Of a stretch of DNA of 64,000 nt, positions 39,050 through 55,230 are shown piece by piece. The notes under the pieces are model-generated. The model ran no database searches, had not been told where the DNA came from, and worked only from the letters and a program-made list of their open reading frames with translations. Source of the stretch: Eledone cirrhosa (taxonomy: Eukaryota); NCBI GenBank assembly GCA_964016885.1, contig OZ024741.1, forward strand, positions 230,826,001 through 230,890,000, given 5' to 3'. How positions within the stretch are numbered: the stretch's first letter is position 1; each line of letters begins with the position of its first letter. The translations under genes were made by a program, and so were the position numbers.

Positions 39050-39562
39050 ATGGAAATTCCAAGTAACAGAAAATATTTAAATTACATTGTTAGAGATTCA
39101 GAGTATATAATATTTTTTGTTCCGCCCTCCGAAGCAAAGATGAAGAGATTGTTTGGCGAGCTAAACCTAGAGCATCCTACATACAATTGACCATGTGAGA
39201 ATCACTGATCTCTAGATATTGAACTCTGGACACTCCTGTCAGGAGCAGGTAATCTGTAGTGACTCGGAGGCCTACCACCAATCTCCAGGATACTGTTTTC
39301 AAGACAAATGAGAGTCTCATTCAAAAGTACATCGTATGTTACGTTCGGAATGTGTCTGCGTGTCCGGTGGAGGATGTCCTCAGCTAGACTTTCGCGGTGG
39401 TTGTTCCACAGTACGAGAGGATCGGCGAGATCGCAGTTGCGCAACATAATTGCAAAATATTTTCGCAGGTGAGAAGGCGCATTAGCAGTTGCTGCTTCTT
39501 GCAGGGTGAGGTGCCAATGGTTGTCATCGTGTAATATAGCACGCATCTGGCAAGCCAAACGG
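39050..39562 (-). mobile_element. Internally deleted Helitron Rep/Hel fragment
   Basis: DDNHWHLTLQEAA...LRKYFAIML...DPLVLW...LAEDIL (the region before the PIF1 helicase) fused to the C-terminal FSHGQLYVGCSR...TKNIIYSE. Confidence 0.85.
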
Positions 39563-39702
39563 TAAGTGGGACATTGATCGCCATTGATTTGTTCTCAGAT
39601 CTTGGAAAGACTTTGGTCCTCCAATCTCGAACAGTAACAATGACGATAAGCCGTCTGTGCTTTCGTGAAATAAATAGGTTTTTGTTTTTTGTAAGCAATA
39701 TA

Positions 39703-39813
39703 TATTAAAATAACAGATTAAAGTTTAAGCAAAGAATCGCTGCTTTCACCCTTAATGGGATCTTGTGAAACTTAAAAAATCAGTCTGTGAACGTAGAAGT
39801 AAATATTTCGAAT
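39703..39813 (-). repeat. Remnant of the pLTR-like repeat also found at 43083-43360 and 45290-45590
   Basis: attaaaataacagattaaagtttaagcaaag...tctgtgaacgtagaagtaaatatttcgaa is shared between the copies. Confidence 0.75.
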
Positions 39814-39822
39814 AGTATAGAT

Positions 39823-42232
39823 TTATATATATAAGTTAAAACAGAAAACAAAAACAATAACGAAGCGTGCAATACAAAGTGTTTTTATTAGGTTCACGCT
39901 TAGAGTGGGGGGTGGGGGTGATATTTCAGACGTAAGCCCTTCATCAGGAGAAAAGTGGGAAGGAAAAATGTTCTGAGGGTGTGAGGGGAGTGGTGGAAAG
40001 ACATTAAAAGTGGGTAAATTGAAGGGAAGAAAAAAATTAAAAAGAAGGTAAAACATTTAAAATTAAACGAGTGGTGAAAGGGTGTGAGGTCTTTGGGGGT
40101 GGTGATGGGTGGATAGATGGGGAGAGGGGAGAGATGGTGAAAAGTCCGAGTATAACAGGCTGGATGTCTGGAGCGTGTGACCAGTCCTGTAGAATCCGTG
40201 GAATGGTGCGGAGGAAGTAGGGAGTTGTGGGGTGCGCGCGCAACAGGAAGTGGTCAAGAATGTCAAGGCAGAGTGAAGGATGCGGCAGAGAGGAGATAGC
40301 AGTAGGAGGGTGACAGACAGGCAGTGGGAGGGATGAAAGCAGTGAGGAGGATGTCAGACGGAGGAGTGTTAGGGAAGGTCTGTATGTGTATGTGGAATTT
40401 ATGTATGTGTTTGCGGTGGTGCGGTGGACAGGGAGGGGATGGGTATGTTTGAAAAGTTGAGGGAGAGGGTGGCGGCGTGTAGTGAGGGTTTGTGTGTATA
40501 TTAGTGGAGTTGTTAGTGGGATGTCGTGGGGGGTGTTGTTTGTACCGGGGGAGAGAGAGAAGGTGCGCGGGACAGCATGAATCAGTGTAATGTACTGGTG
40601 TGTGTGTGCGTGTCATAGGGGGAGGGGTGGGGTGCGTTAGTATTATTAGTTCTGAGGAGGGACAACAGGGTGGGGGTGACTGGAAGTGGAGGGGATGGTG
40701 AATCTTGGGGGTGTTTTAGTGGTGTTAGTAGGAGAGGATTGGTCGAAGGCTAAAGGAAGAGGGGTTGGTGTTCAGGCCGGGGTGTGTGGGTCCGTAGGGT
40801 AAGATGGTATGTTGCTCGACCCTAAGGCGGCTGTGGGAGCCCCATGGCGTTCGATTAGGCCACAGACTGTGAGGTGATGGGTGGAGTGTCCAGGGGAACC
40901 AAAGTGGTGGACGATGGGGGAACTACCGCAGAGACGAATATCACGGAGGTGCTCCTTGAATCGATCCGCCAGGTGACGACTGGTCTGTCTGACATAATTT
41001 GGGTGGCACTTCGTGCAGCGACATCCATAGACGAGGTAGGAGGAGGTGCAGCGGAAGGCATGCCGGACAGAGAGAGTGTGGCAGTTGGGACACTGGAAGG
41101 TGGAGGTGTTGGTGATGTGGGGGAAGGTGTGGCAGCGAGGTCTGGACGGGGAAGGGAACCTGTTGGGGTGTAGGGAGTTGCGGGCGAGGAGGCTGCGGGG
41201 GTACGCACGCGTTTGAAGGAGGCATGGGAATGGGAAGATGAGGAGGGAGTCCGGTCGGACTGGAGGCGGAGGAAGAGGCGGAGGATGGTTCGGTGGAGGG
41301 ATGGTAGGTAAGTGGAAAGGGGAGACGGTGCCGTGGGGTGAGGGCCGTGGAGCGGCGGACTGCGCAGGCGCGAGTGAGGGCGGCGTGGACATTTGGGGGT
41401 GCTTAACCTCTCGGATAAAATAGCTGCCCAGAGTCAGGCCCCGAGTCTCTAAGTCAGTATCTCGACTGCAGAGGCGGCGTATCTGGAGTAGTTGGGAGTA
41501 GGAAACGGATTGTTTGGTGTGTGTGTAGGGTGGAAGGAGGTTAAATCGAGGTAGGAGTGGTAGTTGGTGGGAGTAGTGGATGGCGGCGGAGATGTCCAAG
41601 AAGTGGACGTGGGTGATGGAGATAGAGGTGGTGAAGTGGAGGGAGGAGTGGAAGGAGCCGTAGATGGAGAGAAAGGAATCGAGCTGTTCTCGGGTGAGGG
41701 TCGTAACTCCGATGCAGTCGTCCATGTACCGACCGTATAGTTCGGGCGTGGGGCCGGTGTATTGGGCAAAGATTGGGGCCTCAACACGGCCAACAACAAG
41801 GTTGGCATAGTTGGGACCAACACTTGTGCCCATGGCTACACCAGTGACCTGCTGGTAAAATTAACCCCAGATGGAGAAGCAGTTAAGGGTTTAGACGAGC
41901 TAGGCGAGGCGAAGGATGGTGGGGTGAAGGGGACGTGGGAGGTGTGAAGGTCGAGGTAGTGCCGGAGGGCGTCTAGGCGGTCGGAGTGGGGGATGACGGT
42001 ATAAAGGGACTTAATTCCTAGGATGAAGAGGAGGGGTGTGTGGGCCAGATGTGAAGGTGAGGGTGTCAAACAGGCGAAGGGCGTGGTTGGTGTCGGAGAT
42101 ATGGGAGGGGAGGGTGGTGAGGATGGAATCGAGAAAGGCGGAGATGAGTTCAGTGAGGCAGTTGTAGGCGAAGACTATGGGGCGGCCTGGGTTGTCGGGT
42201 TTGTGGATATTGGGGAGGAAGTATATGGTGTA
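39823..42232 (-). mobile_element. Penelope-like element (Neptune-type RT plus GIY-YIG), decayed
   Basis: SLYTVIPH, AMGTSVGPNYANL, RYMDDCIG and HFLDI, then a Cys linker and LVYGCRCTKC..YVRQTSRHLADRFKEH. The long C-rich 3' UTR has a hammerhead remnant and AATAAA. Confidence 0.85.
39920..39947 (-). ncRNA. Degenerate hammerhead core in the PLE 3' end
   Basis: CTGATGA-AGGGC-TTAC-GTCT-GAAA-TATC lies ~30 nt before AATAAA. Stems I and III are not intact. Confidence 0.5.
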
Positions 42233-42234
42233 AA

Positions 42235-42835
42235 TACCGCTCCAATTTAACAGACACAGTGTGGAACTAGGGTACTCCTGCGCATCAGAATATGAAGGCC
42301 CACATTATCAACAGTCTTAATAGTGGCACGCCACCAGGAAGCTCTTCCGAAAGCCTGAAGCTTGTCCCTTTCATCAGCAATACAACACACCCGCTGTATT
42401 TTATGAAGCTGTGTTTACTTTCAACCGACCAAATCATCCACAGCTCAAATCCTATGTGGGTATGAAGGAGGGCCGATTTAAGAAACACTCCCGGAACCAT
42501 TAGTCGACTTTTAGGTACCTGGACAAACGATCATCGAAGAAACTCGTGAGACGCGTATGGTCCCTCAAAGACTCAGGTATAGACTACTCCATTCAATGGA
42601 AAGCCAACACTACGTCCAAGCCATACGCAAGGCGCAATCAGTCTTGTAGACTGTGTATTGAAGAAATGATAACTATTCAAAGGTGATTACGCAATAGCTA
42701 TTGCCTAAATTCAAAGATTGGAATCTTCTCACGTTGTCCACATGTCTGGAAACACCTATTGCATAACTACAAAGCTTCGGATTGGATGACACCAACATTC
42801 TAATTTTCTCATCAACTCGAACATCTTTTCCATAT
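42235..42835 (+). mobile_element. Penelope-like GIY-YIG 3' fragment (Nematis-like)
   Basis: Translates as ..ACPF..PAVFYEA..SYVGMKEGRFK..H..VWSLKD..YSIQW..PY..CRLCIEEM, with stops. Confidence 0.7.
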
Positions 42836-42915
<80 letters not shown>

Positions 42916-43082
42916 ATAATAATACATTTGAAGACTAAAATCCAAAGAGGGCTCGATAAGGAAATGTCAGCGATAATGATGGACAGAGACTGCTGCAGAG
43001 AATTCGTCCATGGATCTCGGGAATTTTACCCGCCCTAGAAGAAGGTATATCAAATATATAAAAACCGTAGAGCAAATATTTA

Positions 43083-45634
<2,552 letters not shown>

Positions 45635-45905
45635 GAGGTTATATTTAATTTGTTGGGATTCAACAACCTTAAAAGATTTTATAACTTATATAAAGCACTC
45701 AACAGTTTAGTGGAGTAAATACACAATATATTAATAAATGGAAACTATATTTATAAAACCATATTTATTTTATTATATATATTTCAAGGGCAACCAAGGC
45801 AAATTATGGCGCGCTTTCATCATATAAAATACAGATTTGTTTTATAAATAAATATTGACATACCCGGAAAAAAGACATGGTTTTTTTCCATTTAATAATA
45901 TATTG

Positions 45906-45945
<40 letters not shown>

Positions 45946-47353
45946 CTTATATATATATATGAATAGATATATCTGTCATTCCTTCTTATAGGTATATATT
46001 TATGTTTGAGTATATATATTCTGCTTTATAGTTATATATGTGAGGGTATACATGTAAGACATTTTCGATAAATGATATACAAATGACCATTATAGCTATT
46101 TCTAATATTTTTGTATTCTGTTCTAATTTTGACTATAGAAACATTTATATAAATCTAACGAAACATGTACTAAATCAAAATAAACATTAGTCTTTTGTAA
46201 ATGTTGCTTAAAATAATAAGCAAGAAATAATATATGGATGTTTATAAATATACCGTGAAAACTCTAAATTAAGATATTTTTGTAAGGAACTTTAAACAAA
46301 CTGACACCGGTAAATAAATTACATTTGTAGTGGAAATGGAATAACCTATTTTAAATTCGTCAATCATAAAATTATATTGTTCTTGATACTTGTCATATGA
46401 TATTAATTTATTGTTATCTTTTATATCTATATCCTGAAGAGATACGGATGAGATACAGCATCCACAATGGCGTCAATTTTACACTGGTAATATCCAGCTT
46501 TTCTCCACAAATGAAAGCATTTAAACGCCCCGTACAGTATTAATTATAATATCTTATCCTTGGCTTTCTTAAAATTTGAATTTTTAGTGCTCTGCTACCC
46601 GAACTGCCTTTTATTTATTTAGCTTTTTTTCACTACTAACGAACAGAGTACCGTAAACTGCATCGAACTTATCTCATCTTGCCAATGGAAATAGGGAAGT
46701 ATTACACTATAACCTAATATATTGTTATACAGACACACGTGTGTGTTGTGTGTGTGTGTGAGCGTGTATGTGTTTGTGTATGTGGGTTTATATAATATAC
46801 ATATATACATACATATATATATGACAGTCTTTCAGACAGTAATACCCAGACAGGTATTTTTAGAAACACTCATCTCCTCATTCAAACCAATCCCAGCTGG
46901 TCTTTGTAGCCATTTTTAAAAGTGGGTTTCACCACAACAAATTGCTACCACACCCATACTCTGTATCCTTCTGCTTCTCCTCCCTCCCCACTACTACGCT
47001 CTCTCCTCCTCATTCTCCCTCTCCTGCCCCTCTCCATCTACTACAACTATGCAAAACCCCAAAAATTAAAACTACTACTTCTGTCTGCCAACTAGCGAAG
47101 GACACACACCGACAGAGATATGAAATCTCGTATCTAAATATGTATGTAAAAACTAATAATTGTGCTTCCCCCTTTTATTATTCGTATACATATGCAACAT
47201 AACAACATTATGGATATTCGCAGTTGAAAAAGCATATAATGGTGAAACTGGTTTTATTATATGCGGAAATATCCACTTTATAAATAAATGTTTTGATATA
47301 TACTGAAAGATTCTCTTCAGCATGTTTCTACTGAAAAAAATCATTGTCCTTTC

Positions 47354-47557
<204 letters not shown>

Positions 47558-47625
47558 TATATGATTCTTTCTGTATATGTGTTTAATAGATGTAGTAAAT
47601 AATTATCTCTCTACACTATATACAG

Positions 47626-47769
47626 GATTATACCATCACTTTTTAGCAATAGAGGATCCCAAATCACCTTTTGGTAACATTTCAACCAAGTGTCAACCTC
47701 TACCATTTAAATACTCTTTTAAATTTCATTTACGAATACATACCATAAAAGGTGCTGGAAGCTTTTCTG
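47626..47769 (+). CDS. Putative host-gene exon (phase 1-1, 144 nt)
   Basis: tacag acceptor, G/gtgagt donor and open frame (G)LYHHFLAIEDPKSPFGNISTKCQPLPFKYSFKFHLRIHTIKGAGSFS. It joins in frame to the next exon. Confidence 0.55.
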
Positions 47770-49197
47770 GTGAGTAGAGACATCTTTTCTCCAACGTGAA
47801 GTTACACATTTTCCTTAGCAAGACTAATGTTTAGATATAACTCTTTATATCTTTTTTAACCCTTTGCTTAAGATAATACATGTTGAAGGGTAGATCATTT
47901 ACCCCCTTCCAATCCTGTCCTCTCTTCTCCATGTATGTGAATGACATTCGCACGCTATCTTCGCGCCATTATAGGATCATCAAATACACGAAATTTCATC
48001 AACATTGACAGCCACATAATATTTGTTATAAAGTATCCTGACAACACTGTATCCCACTTCCTGCACAATGTAGCACAAACAATTAGGGAGAAGTGATATA
48101 TCTAGACCAAATTGTAAAGCTTGACGCCAGGTAGATGCAAGAAAACTAGGGAAGTTACTTAATGTTTCCAAAGTTTCTTGGTAGTAAACGGTTTCCCAAT
48201 ATGTCAATACATCAAATTGAATGGCATTTACTAAATACAACACCCAAATGTCTCTGGGTGGTCTACCATGGCAATCTGTCAATTGAATGAAAGGGCGGGG
48301 CTGGGAAAAGAACTAGTGCACTCGGATCCCTTACTGAAAATATTCTTGGCCAGGTATTAAACACAACAACAGATGTACACAAATTCTATATGTGGATATA
48401 TGTCAGCAGTCATACTAATGTTGGAACGATTGCCAGGAAAATAAATAAATGGAATGAGGAATACATCTCTACAAGTGCTCCCACTATTAAAATCACCTAC
48501 AGAAATGTCACACCTAATATGTCGATGTTAACAACAAGACCGCTGAGCGAAACGTCGGACATTGCTTATCAAAGTGTCTATATTCTTCAATAGATTGCGG
48601 TCACTTACTCACATTTGACCTGAGTTCTATGAATCCAATTATCACCACTCCTCGGAGCAAATATCTAGAAAATGATTCTCCGCATATTGGATTCCTCTCC
48701 ATTGAAAAGGGGATATAACCCCAAATGGAGAAGGGTTGTAGCATAACATTTCTAGGTACATCATTGACAAGAGAGTGAGAAGGGCCTATACTTTCAACAG
48801 AGGTTTACAACAGACCCAACAACGCTAGACAATTTAGGGCTAGGTTGTGGTGTTAAACCGAGATGCAGATTATGTCTACCACCCAAATGCAGTTAAACTG
48901 ATGAAAAATACAGATTTTGAGTACAGCATTAGTCAGTACTACATAAATATAATGGGAGATGGAATGATATAGTTATTAGAGCTATGCAGATTGACGTAGT
49001 TAAAGACAAATGTCATGTACAGGCATTCATGAAAATCTCTAAATCGCCAAAGATAATTTCGATTAAAGAAGGAGTAGAGAAATACACCAGATTTTCCGTT
49101 TCGCCCTCCGTCTTATTTTACTACCGTAACTCAACAGGTCTGATGGTCGACACATGTGCGATGATCATTAATGGTAGATATGGGTGCATGCATTCGT

Positions 49198-49271
49198 GTA
49201 TGTATGTATGTATGTATGTATGTATGTATGTATGTATGTATGTATGTATGTATGTATGTATGTATGTATGT
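49198..49271. repeat. (TATG)n microsatellite
   Basis: Directly visible. Confidence 0.95.
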
Positions 49272-49885
49272 TTGAAAGGTCACCAGTTGGTGCTACTGGT
49301 AACATGTATTCCAGTGCAACCTGTCCCATGGTCGGGTCGTTGGCGACTAAACTGGCAACCCCACCAAGGTTTCTTGGTGAGGAGGGTGACTTTGGACATC
49401 CTACAGGACTAAAAACAAAACCTCTCAAGGGGAAAAGGAGCTCTTAAAAGTCAATGGCCATCCAAAATCACCGGGAGGGATGACCCCTTATCCTTTGTCA
49501 AGGCAGAATTCTAGGAGAAGGAAAACTCTTATATAACACCTGCAACCCTGATGGCATCCAATGATGTTGACTTGTTCTTCTTTTTGGTAAATATCATCTT
49601 GGTTATGAGAGTGGGACTGGCTTTGTGCAGTGCCTTTGCTCACTATAAAAGCTTCATAGCACAGACATTGCTTTATATCTGGAGATCTCTCTGCACTTGT
49701 CGTCACATGGTACCATGGGCCCAGCAATATGGGTCAATAATTGTCACAAGTGTAGTGTTTGTACCAGAGTTTTCAATTCGCTGGCTGGACTAAAAAGCCA
49801 CACTCGTTCAGCGCATCGGTAGGTGTTCCCCTACATGGATATAAAGTAGTGGCCGTACTCGAAAACGAGTTGGCAGCCACCATGT
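49272..49885 (+). mobile_element. Non-autonomous RTE-related short element (SINE-like)
   Basis: No convincing ORF. The 3' end GGCCGTACTCGAAAACGAGTTGGCAGCCACCATGT matches the RTE LINE end at 58121-58159. Flanked by TATG-type repeats. Confidence 0.6.
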
Positions 49886-50035
49886 TTATATACATATTGT
49901 ATGTATATATATATGTATGTATGTATATATATATATATATGTATATATACAGGTGTGTTTATATATATATTGTATGTATGTATATGTATATATATACATA
50001 TATGTGTGTGTATATATGTATATATATATATATAT

Positions 50036-50417
50036 ATCCAATGATGTTGACTTGTTCTTCTTTTTGGTAAATATCATCTTGGTTAAGAGAGTAGGACTGG
50101 CTTTGTGCAGTGCCTTTGCTTACTATAAAAGCTTCATAGCACAGGCATTGCTTTATATCTGGAGATCTCTCTGCACTTGTCGTCACATGGTACCATGGGC
50201 CCAGCACTATGTGTCAATAATTGTCACAAGAGTAGTGTTTGTACCAGAGTTTTCAAGTCGCTGGCTGGACTAAAAAGTCACACTCGTTCAATGCATCGGT
50301 AGGGGTTCTCCTACATGGATATAAAGTAGTGGCCGTACTCGAAAACGAGTTGGCAGCCACCATGTGTGTATGTATGTATGTATGTATGTATGTATGTATG
50401 TATGTATGTATGTATGC
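50036..50417 (+). mobile_element. 5'-truncated second copy of the same short element with (TATG)n tail
   Basis: 50036-50364 closely repeats 49556-49884. Confidence 0.75.
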
Positions 50418-50877
50418 ATGCTTGAATTTATCTATGTATATCATTATTGTTCGTCAAATTAAGTTCTAATACACGGTACCTCGTTAGCAAATCATTGTAA
50501 TAATACTTCCCTAGGAACCAACGCATTAAGCTGGAGTTAGCTTGGTTCCCACCTTTCGTTTAATTGTTCGTTTGCTTAAATATGCATCGAACTCATTAAC
50601 GACACAACCATTCACACATACGCACACACGGAAACGCATACATATTATACATTACTATGTTACATTATATTTGTTTACTCTTTTACTGGTTTCTGTCAGT
50701 TGACAGCGACTATTCAGGATTACCACCTTGATTTAGTTTAATATAACCAGTAATATTTGTTGTTCATGACACAAGCCAGGAGATCACTGATTTAGATAAA
50801 TATTTCTTCATCACTAATTATATGATTTTAATTAATTCAAATTCCATGTCGGTACCACATCAGTATGTATTTCACAG

Positions 50878-51087
50878 TTAAATGTCAGTTACATCATCAT
50901 CACCTATACTCTATCAATAATCCAATTGCAGATATGAACGTTACTTCAAAAGAGAACACAATTATGAATTGCAAAACCTCCAAGCGAGATTTTGAATGTA
51001 ATGGAAACTTTTACACAGAGGAAATCACGTTCACAACAAATGGAAGTAATGGAAGTGATGACTGTCTCATAAATCTTCAACTTTTCG
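50878..51087 (+). CDS. Putative host-gene exon (phase 1-1, 210 nt), extracellular domain
   Basis: ttcacag acceptor and G/gtaaat donor. The frame (V)KCQLHHHHLYSINNPIADMNVTS...CKTS..FEC..EEITF..NGS..CLINLQLF has Cys residues and N-glycosylation sequons. Confidence 0.65.
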
Positions 51088-51174
51088 GTAAATATATTAG
51101 GTCTCACATTATGTCACTATATATATGAACAAAACATAACAAATATTTTACAGATGTAGTGATATATATATATA

Positions 51175-51338
<164 letters not shown>

Positions 51339-51667
51339 ATTTAGCTTCGACATAGCTGCATACAAATATGTATGTGAATTTCGCATATCTAAAAATATAC
51401 GGTATGCTAAATGAATAAACATTTTGAAAGCCTCAGCTATGAATAGAAGACTGACGGTAGCGCCATCTAGCGGAGTCAAGCAGAAGCAAGGGGAATAATT
51501 GTCTATGAATTTCGAGCTTAAATTATACTCGTCAGTACAATGTTTCTCACTTCCTACTGATGGTCTTTGAGACAGGCGAAAATATATTTTTTCGCCTGGG
51601 TAAACAGTAAAAATACGAAGCTTTATAAGTTGGCTCAACATAAAATATAATATAATATATATATTAT

Positions 51668-51880
51668 TTTTTCTAATATTGGCACAAATCTAGCAGTACC
51701 AAGGAAGATTAAATCAATAATACCGACGCCAATATTTAATGGTACTTTATTTTATCAACCTCGGGATGATGAAATGCAAATTTGACCTGGGTGGCATTGA
51801 AAAATAAAACTTAAAATGTCGTAACTAAATGAAGTAAAGTATTTTGCCCTACGCCCTAACGATAAAGACAATCCCACGAG
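51668..51880 (-). mobile_element. Degraded copy of a related tRNA-derived SINE
   Basis: ggtactttattttatcaacctcgggatgatgaaatgcaaatttgacctgggtggcattgaa resembles 10259-10320. Confidence 0.65.
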
Positions 51881-52709
51881 CAGAAGCCGTTACGACTTCT
51901 GTCAGTTTTTATAAATCACGACACAATATTTGATAAATGTATCCACAACTACAACTAAAATGTTATTATCTAAGATTGCAAACAATCTATTCATGCCCTC
52001 TCTGACTGACCCCGCTATAAATGTCCTCTCACATAAAGAAAACGACTGTATTGGATGTGTTTTCTGGTATGAAGTGAGACCTGCTATGTGTGAGTGAGAG
52101 AGACATAAAAAAAAAACAATCATACAACTTCCTTATTAGGCTGGGGGAGTAAACTGCCGATAAAATGGTAGTATTTGCCTTGGATTTTAAATGCGAAATA
52201 ACCATAATCAGTATGATCTTTTTCAGCTCCAAAGGGCGTTATCTGAAACATAGTAATATACCGCATACCATTGTTTCTGAACTGTTGCTTCGTTAGTACG
52301 GTCTGTAAGTAGTATACGGATAAAAGCTGGAGGGTAGATTAATTTCAAATAGTATTAATTTTTCTTTTTTCTGTAAAATCAGACTAAAACGACTTTATAA
52401 AATCTAACGTAGTATAGTTATACCTTCCTATAGATCAAATGATCACTAGTTTAAGCCGTTTCTAGATTTCGTGGGACGTTACATTTTCTCTCTCTGAATA
52501 TCTAACACTTTAATTGTATCTCTCTATATATAATGGCCCATCTATCTCTCTGCCTCTTCCTCTGTGTCTCTCTCTCTTTAGATGTTTGTGTATATGTATT
52601 TATGTGAGTGTGTGTGCGTGTGTGTATAGTTTTTGTGTGATTCAACCAACCAACCAATCCACTAGCAAACCCACTAACCAACCAGTAAACATCTTACTTT
52701 TATCTCATA

Positions 52710-53565
52710 CTAGCAGTAAAGCCCGGCGTTGCTCGGGGTCGCTCAGTAGCTGTGTTAAAGTTACAATGTTAAGTTTCTTTCTTGGCTTAAAAACTGTAGT
52801 GTCTACTGTGCAGACTTGCATGTGGTGTTTTTGATTAATATTCCCTCAACCAACAATATGCCTTATGAAGTTAAGAAAACATAACGATAACCCGAATGTT
52901 ATAACAAAAGAGGATGCTGGGGATAGAAACTGCACTGGTTATTTATTAACAAAGATCGAAAATGTAAACACTGCAACGCAGAGAAAAACATTAACGTAAC
53001 CAAATTATCAGTTATGTCTGTCTGCACGCCTATATCACCTCTCTGCACGACTGTCTGTCTGCACGCCTATATCACCTCTCTGCACGACTGTCTGTCTGCA
53101 CGCCTAACGAAATTTACAGATACATATATTTTATATAAACTTATATAATTTTTGCTTTTTTTTACGAAATATTTGCTTGTTTTAAGTAGTTTTTAAATAG
53201 ACTTGTTTTCAAGTAAAAATATTGTTTTAAAAGGCTTGTTTTACGTAGTCTTTAAATCGTGTATTGTGTTAATGTCATTTTAAACGCTGAGAAAGCCAGC
53301 GTAATTTTTTTAATTTTTGCACGCAGACGCTCAATGTAAACAGAACAAAGGGAAATAACTGATAACTTACGCTCAAAAATCGATACATTATATTCGATTT
53401 CGTCACATAGGGTGGGTCAATTTGAAATTTTTTTTTTCCGATGTCTTCGCTAGGGCTCAATGTACAAGTATAGCAATTTCGGTGCAATTCCGTGAGAGAT
53501 TCTAAGAGGAGATGTGTGCCAAAAATCGATAGACAGACAGACAACCACAGTTTTATATATATAGA
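52710..53565 (-). mobile_element. Complete non-autonomous Helitron
   Basis: On the minus strand: 5' TC(TATATATATAAAA..GTCTGTCTGTC), subterminal hairpin CCCGAGCAACGCCGGG and 3' CTAG, inserted between A and T. It has an internal 37-bp tandem (53015, 53052, 53089). Confidence 0.85.
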
Positions 53566-53978
53566 TATAGGTATATCTTAGGAATATATCTATTTTTAGC
53601 TTTTAGCCTGCGGCCATTCACATTCTCCACTTCAATCATAAACTACTTAAACAATGAACGTATGTACTCTGACCCATGTCGGTAAAATTCTATTACTACT
53701 ATCCCTATCTCGTGCCCATCAAACTACCGTCCCTACATCAGCCCCTCAACAATAGCTGTGAAAATTATACTCACTTAACACTCTTCCAAATTAAACGTTA
53801 CCACTGCTCGTAATGCTATCCTTTAACCACAGGGGATACACATAATACATCACCCTAATTAAAAGGGATTATTTAACTAGCAACGCATGCTTAGCCAATT
53901 AACCTTTATTCGTAAATTGGTCATTAGTTTGTATTATACAACACCTGAATCCTGATATGCTTAAGATGTTCGTATATA

Positions 53979-54070
<92 letters not shown>

Positions 54071-54599
54071 AGAAGACTAAAAGCCACGGCAGTGTGAAAT
54101 GGACTAATAAAGTGTGAATCAAGATGTTGTGTTTTACCTTAATTTTTTATGTCCTGGTATTTCGAGATTAAAATCGCTTCTTTCGAGGAAAATAAAAGAG
54201 ACGATTCAATTGTCCCAAGAAGCACTATACTATGCTGGTGGAAGAAGTTTTATTTTTTTTTTTTACCTCTTTGTTTTAATAAAATTCAAGTTCTTGGCAG
54301 ATCAATGGCGACACATAATTATTTCCCTTTTAGTCTAGGTAAACATATAAATACTAATACACGCCGCACACTCATACATGCATATATGTGTGTGTGTAAG
54401 CAAGCCCGCAAATACGCATACACGCATGGATATAATCGAGTAAACACATATACACAATTTCTCACAGATAAATATTCTGGCGGGTGGGTGTCCTCTCACA
54501 CAAGCAAATACGCTTACATTCACATATGCACAAATGTACGCGCACGCATGCATATATAAACCTAGGTATATAACTATGCATCTACATGCTCGTTTGCGG

Positions 54600-55230
54600 A
54601 CTTATGTGTACCTTTACGTGTAACGCCCAGTGGCCTTCTAAGTCAGGTGTTGTTTGCCTAGTTCTATGTTAGATATTGTGTGCTTTATTCTAGTCTGTTA
54701 TTGATTTGTGGATGTGTTCTGGCTATGATTAATGCGTCCTTTATTCGTAGGTTGCTCATTCCTTTCTTTTGATTCTACCATAACTGTTATGTTTTTGTTA
54801 GTGTTTTGGCATTTCTCTAAAGGTTTTTGGAATGAGGAAGCATTAGTGTTAATGGGTTCCCTAATTCTGATGCGTAGGTAGCTGGTGATTCTGCCTATAT
54901 AGAAGTCATTACATTTATCACACTGGACTCGATACACGACGTCTGCTTGACAGCATATGTCTGTGTTATCAATGGGCAGTTGGCCAGTTGACAGTATCTA
55001 TTGTGGTCTCTAGTTAGTTTCCTAGATAGTTGTTCGCGTACTGAGGTCCCGGAATGGGCTAGTTGTAAATCTAGCCTTTCTCCTCGGGTGGCTTTACGAT
55101 TGGCTGTTGTTTTGATATAACTGAAATGAGGAAGTTTCATGAGGCGAGTGCTGATGGAGTTCGTGCTTCGAAAGCGGTGTTTCTTATTAATTAAAAAAAA
55201 GAAACGTTTTTCATACTCCACTTCATTTTA
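54600..55230 (-). mobile_element. Penelope-like GIY-YIG 3' fragment
   Basis: YRVQCDKCNDFYIGRITSYLRIRIRE, preceded by KLPHFS...QLAHSG..VREQLS...C..CPL. Confidence 0.7.

Noticed and set aside
42345-42380. Minus-strand CTGATGA as a hammerhead core
   Set aside because: No properly placed GAAA or stems, and the plus strand is GIY-YIG coding sequence.
47160-47306. Hydrophobic, signal-peptide-like frame ([18 protein letters not shown])
   Set aside because: No in-frame ATG, stops immediately upstream, and weak splice sites.
49330-49360. HDV-like ribozyme at the 5' end of the RTE-related short element (CCAGT..GG-P4-CTAA-ACTGG)
   Set aside because: P2, P4 and J4/2 look plausible, but L3 is too short and no 5' strand of P1 is present in this copy.
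53015-53106. 37-bp repeats as a CRISPR-like array
   Set aside because: Contiguous identical units with no spacers, inside a eukaryotic Helitron.
54610-54655. Hammerhead remnant at the 3' end of the PLE fragment
   Set aside because: Core nucleotides are too degenerate to support a call.
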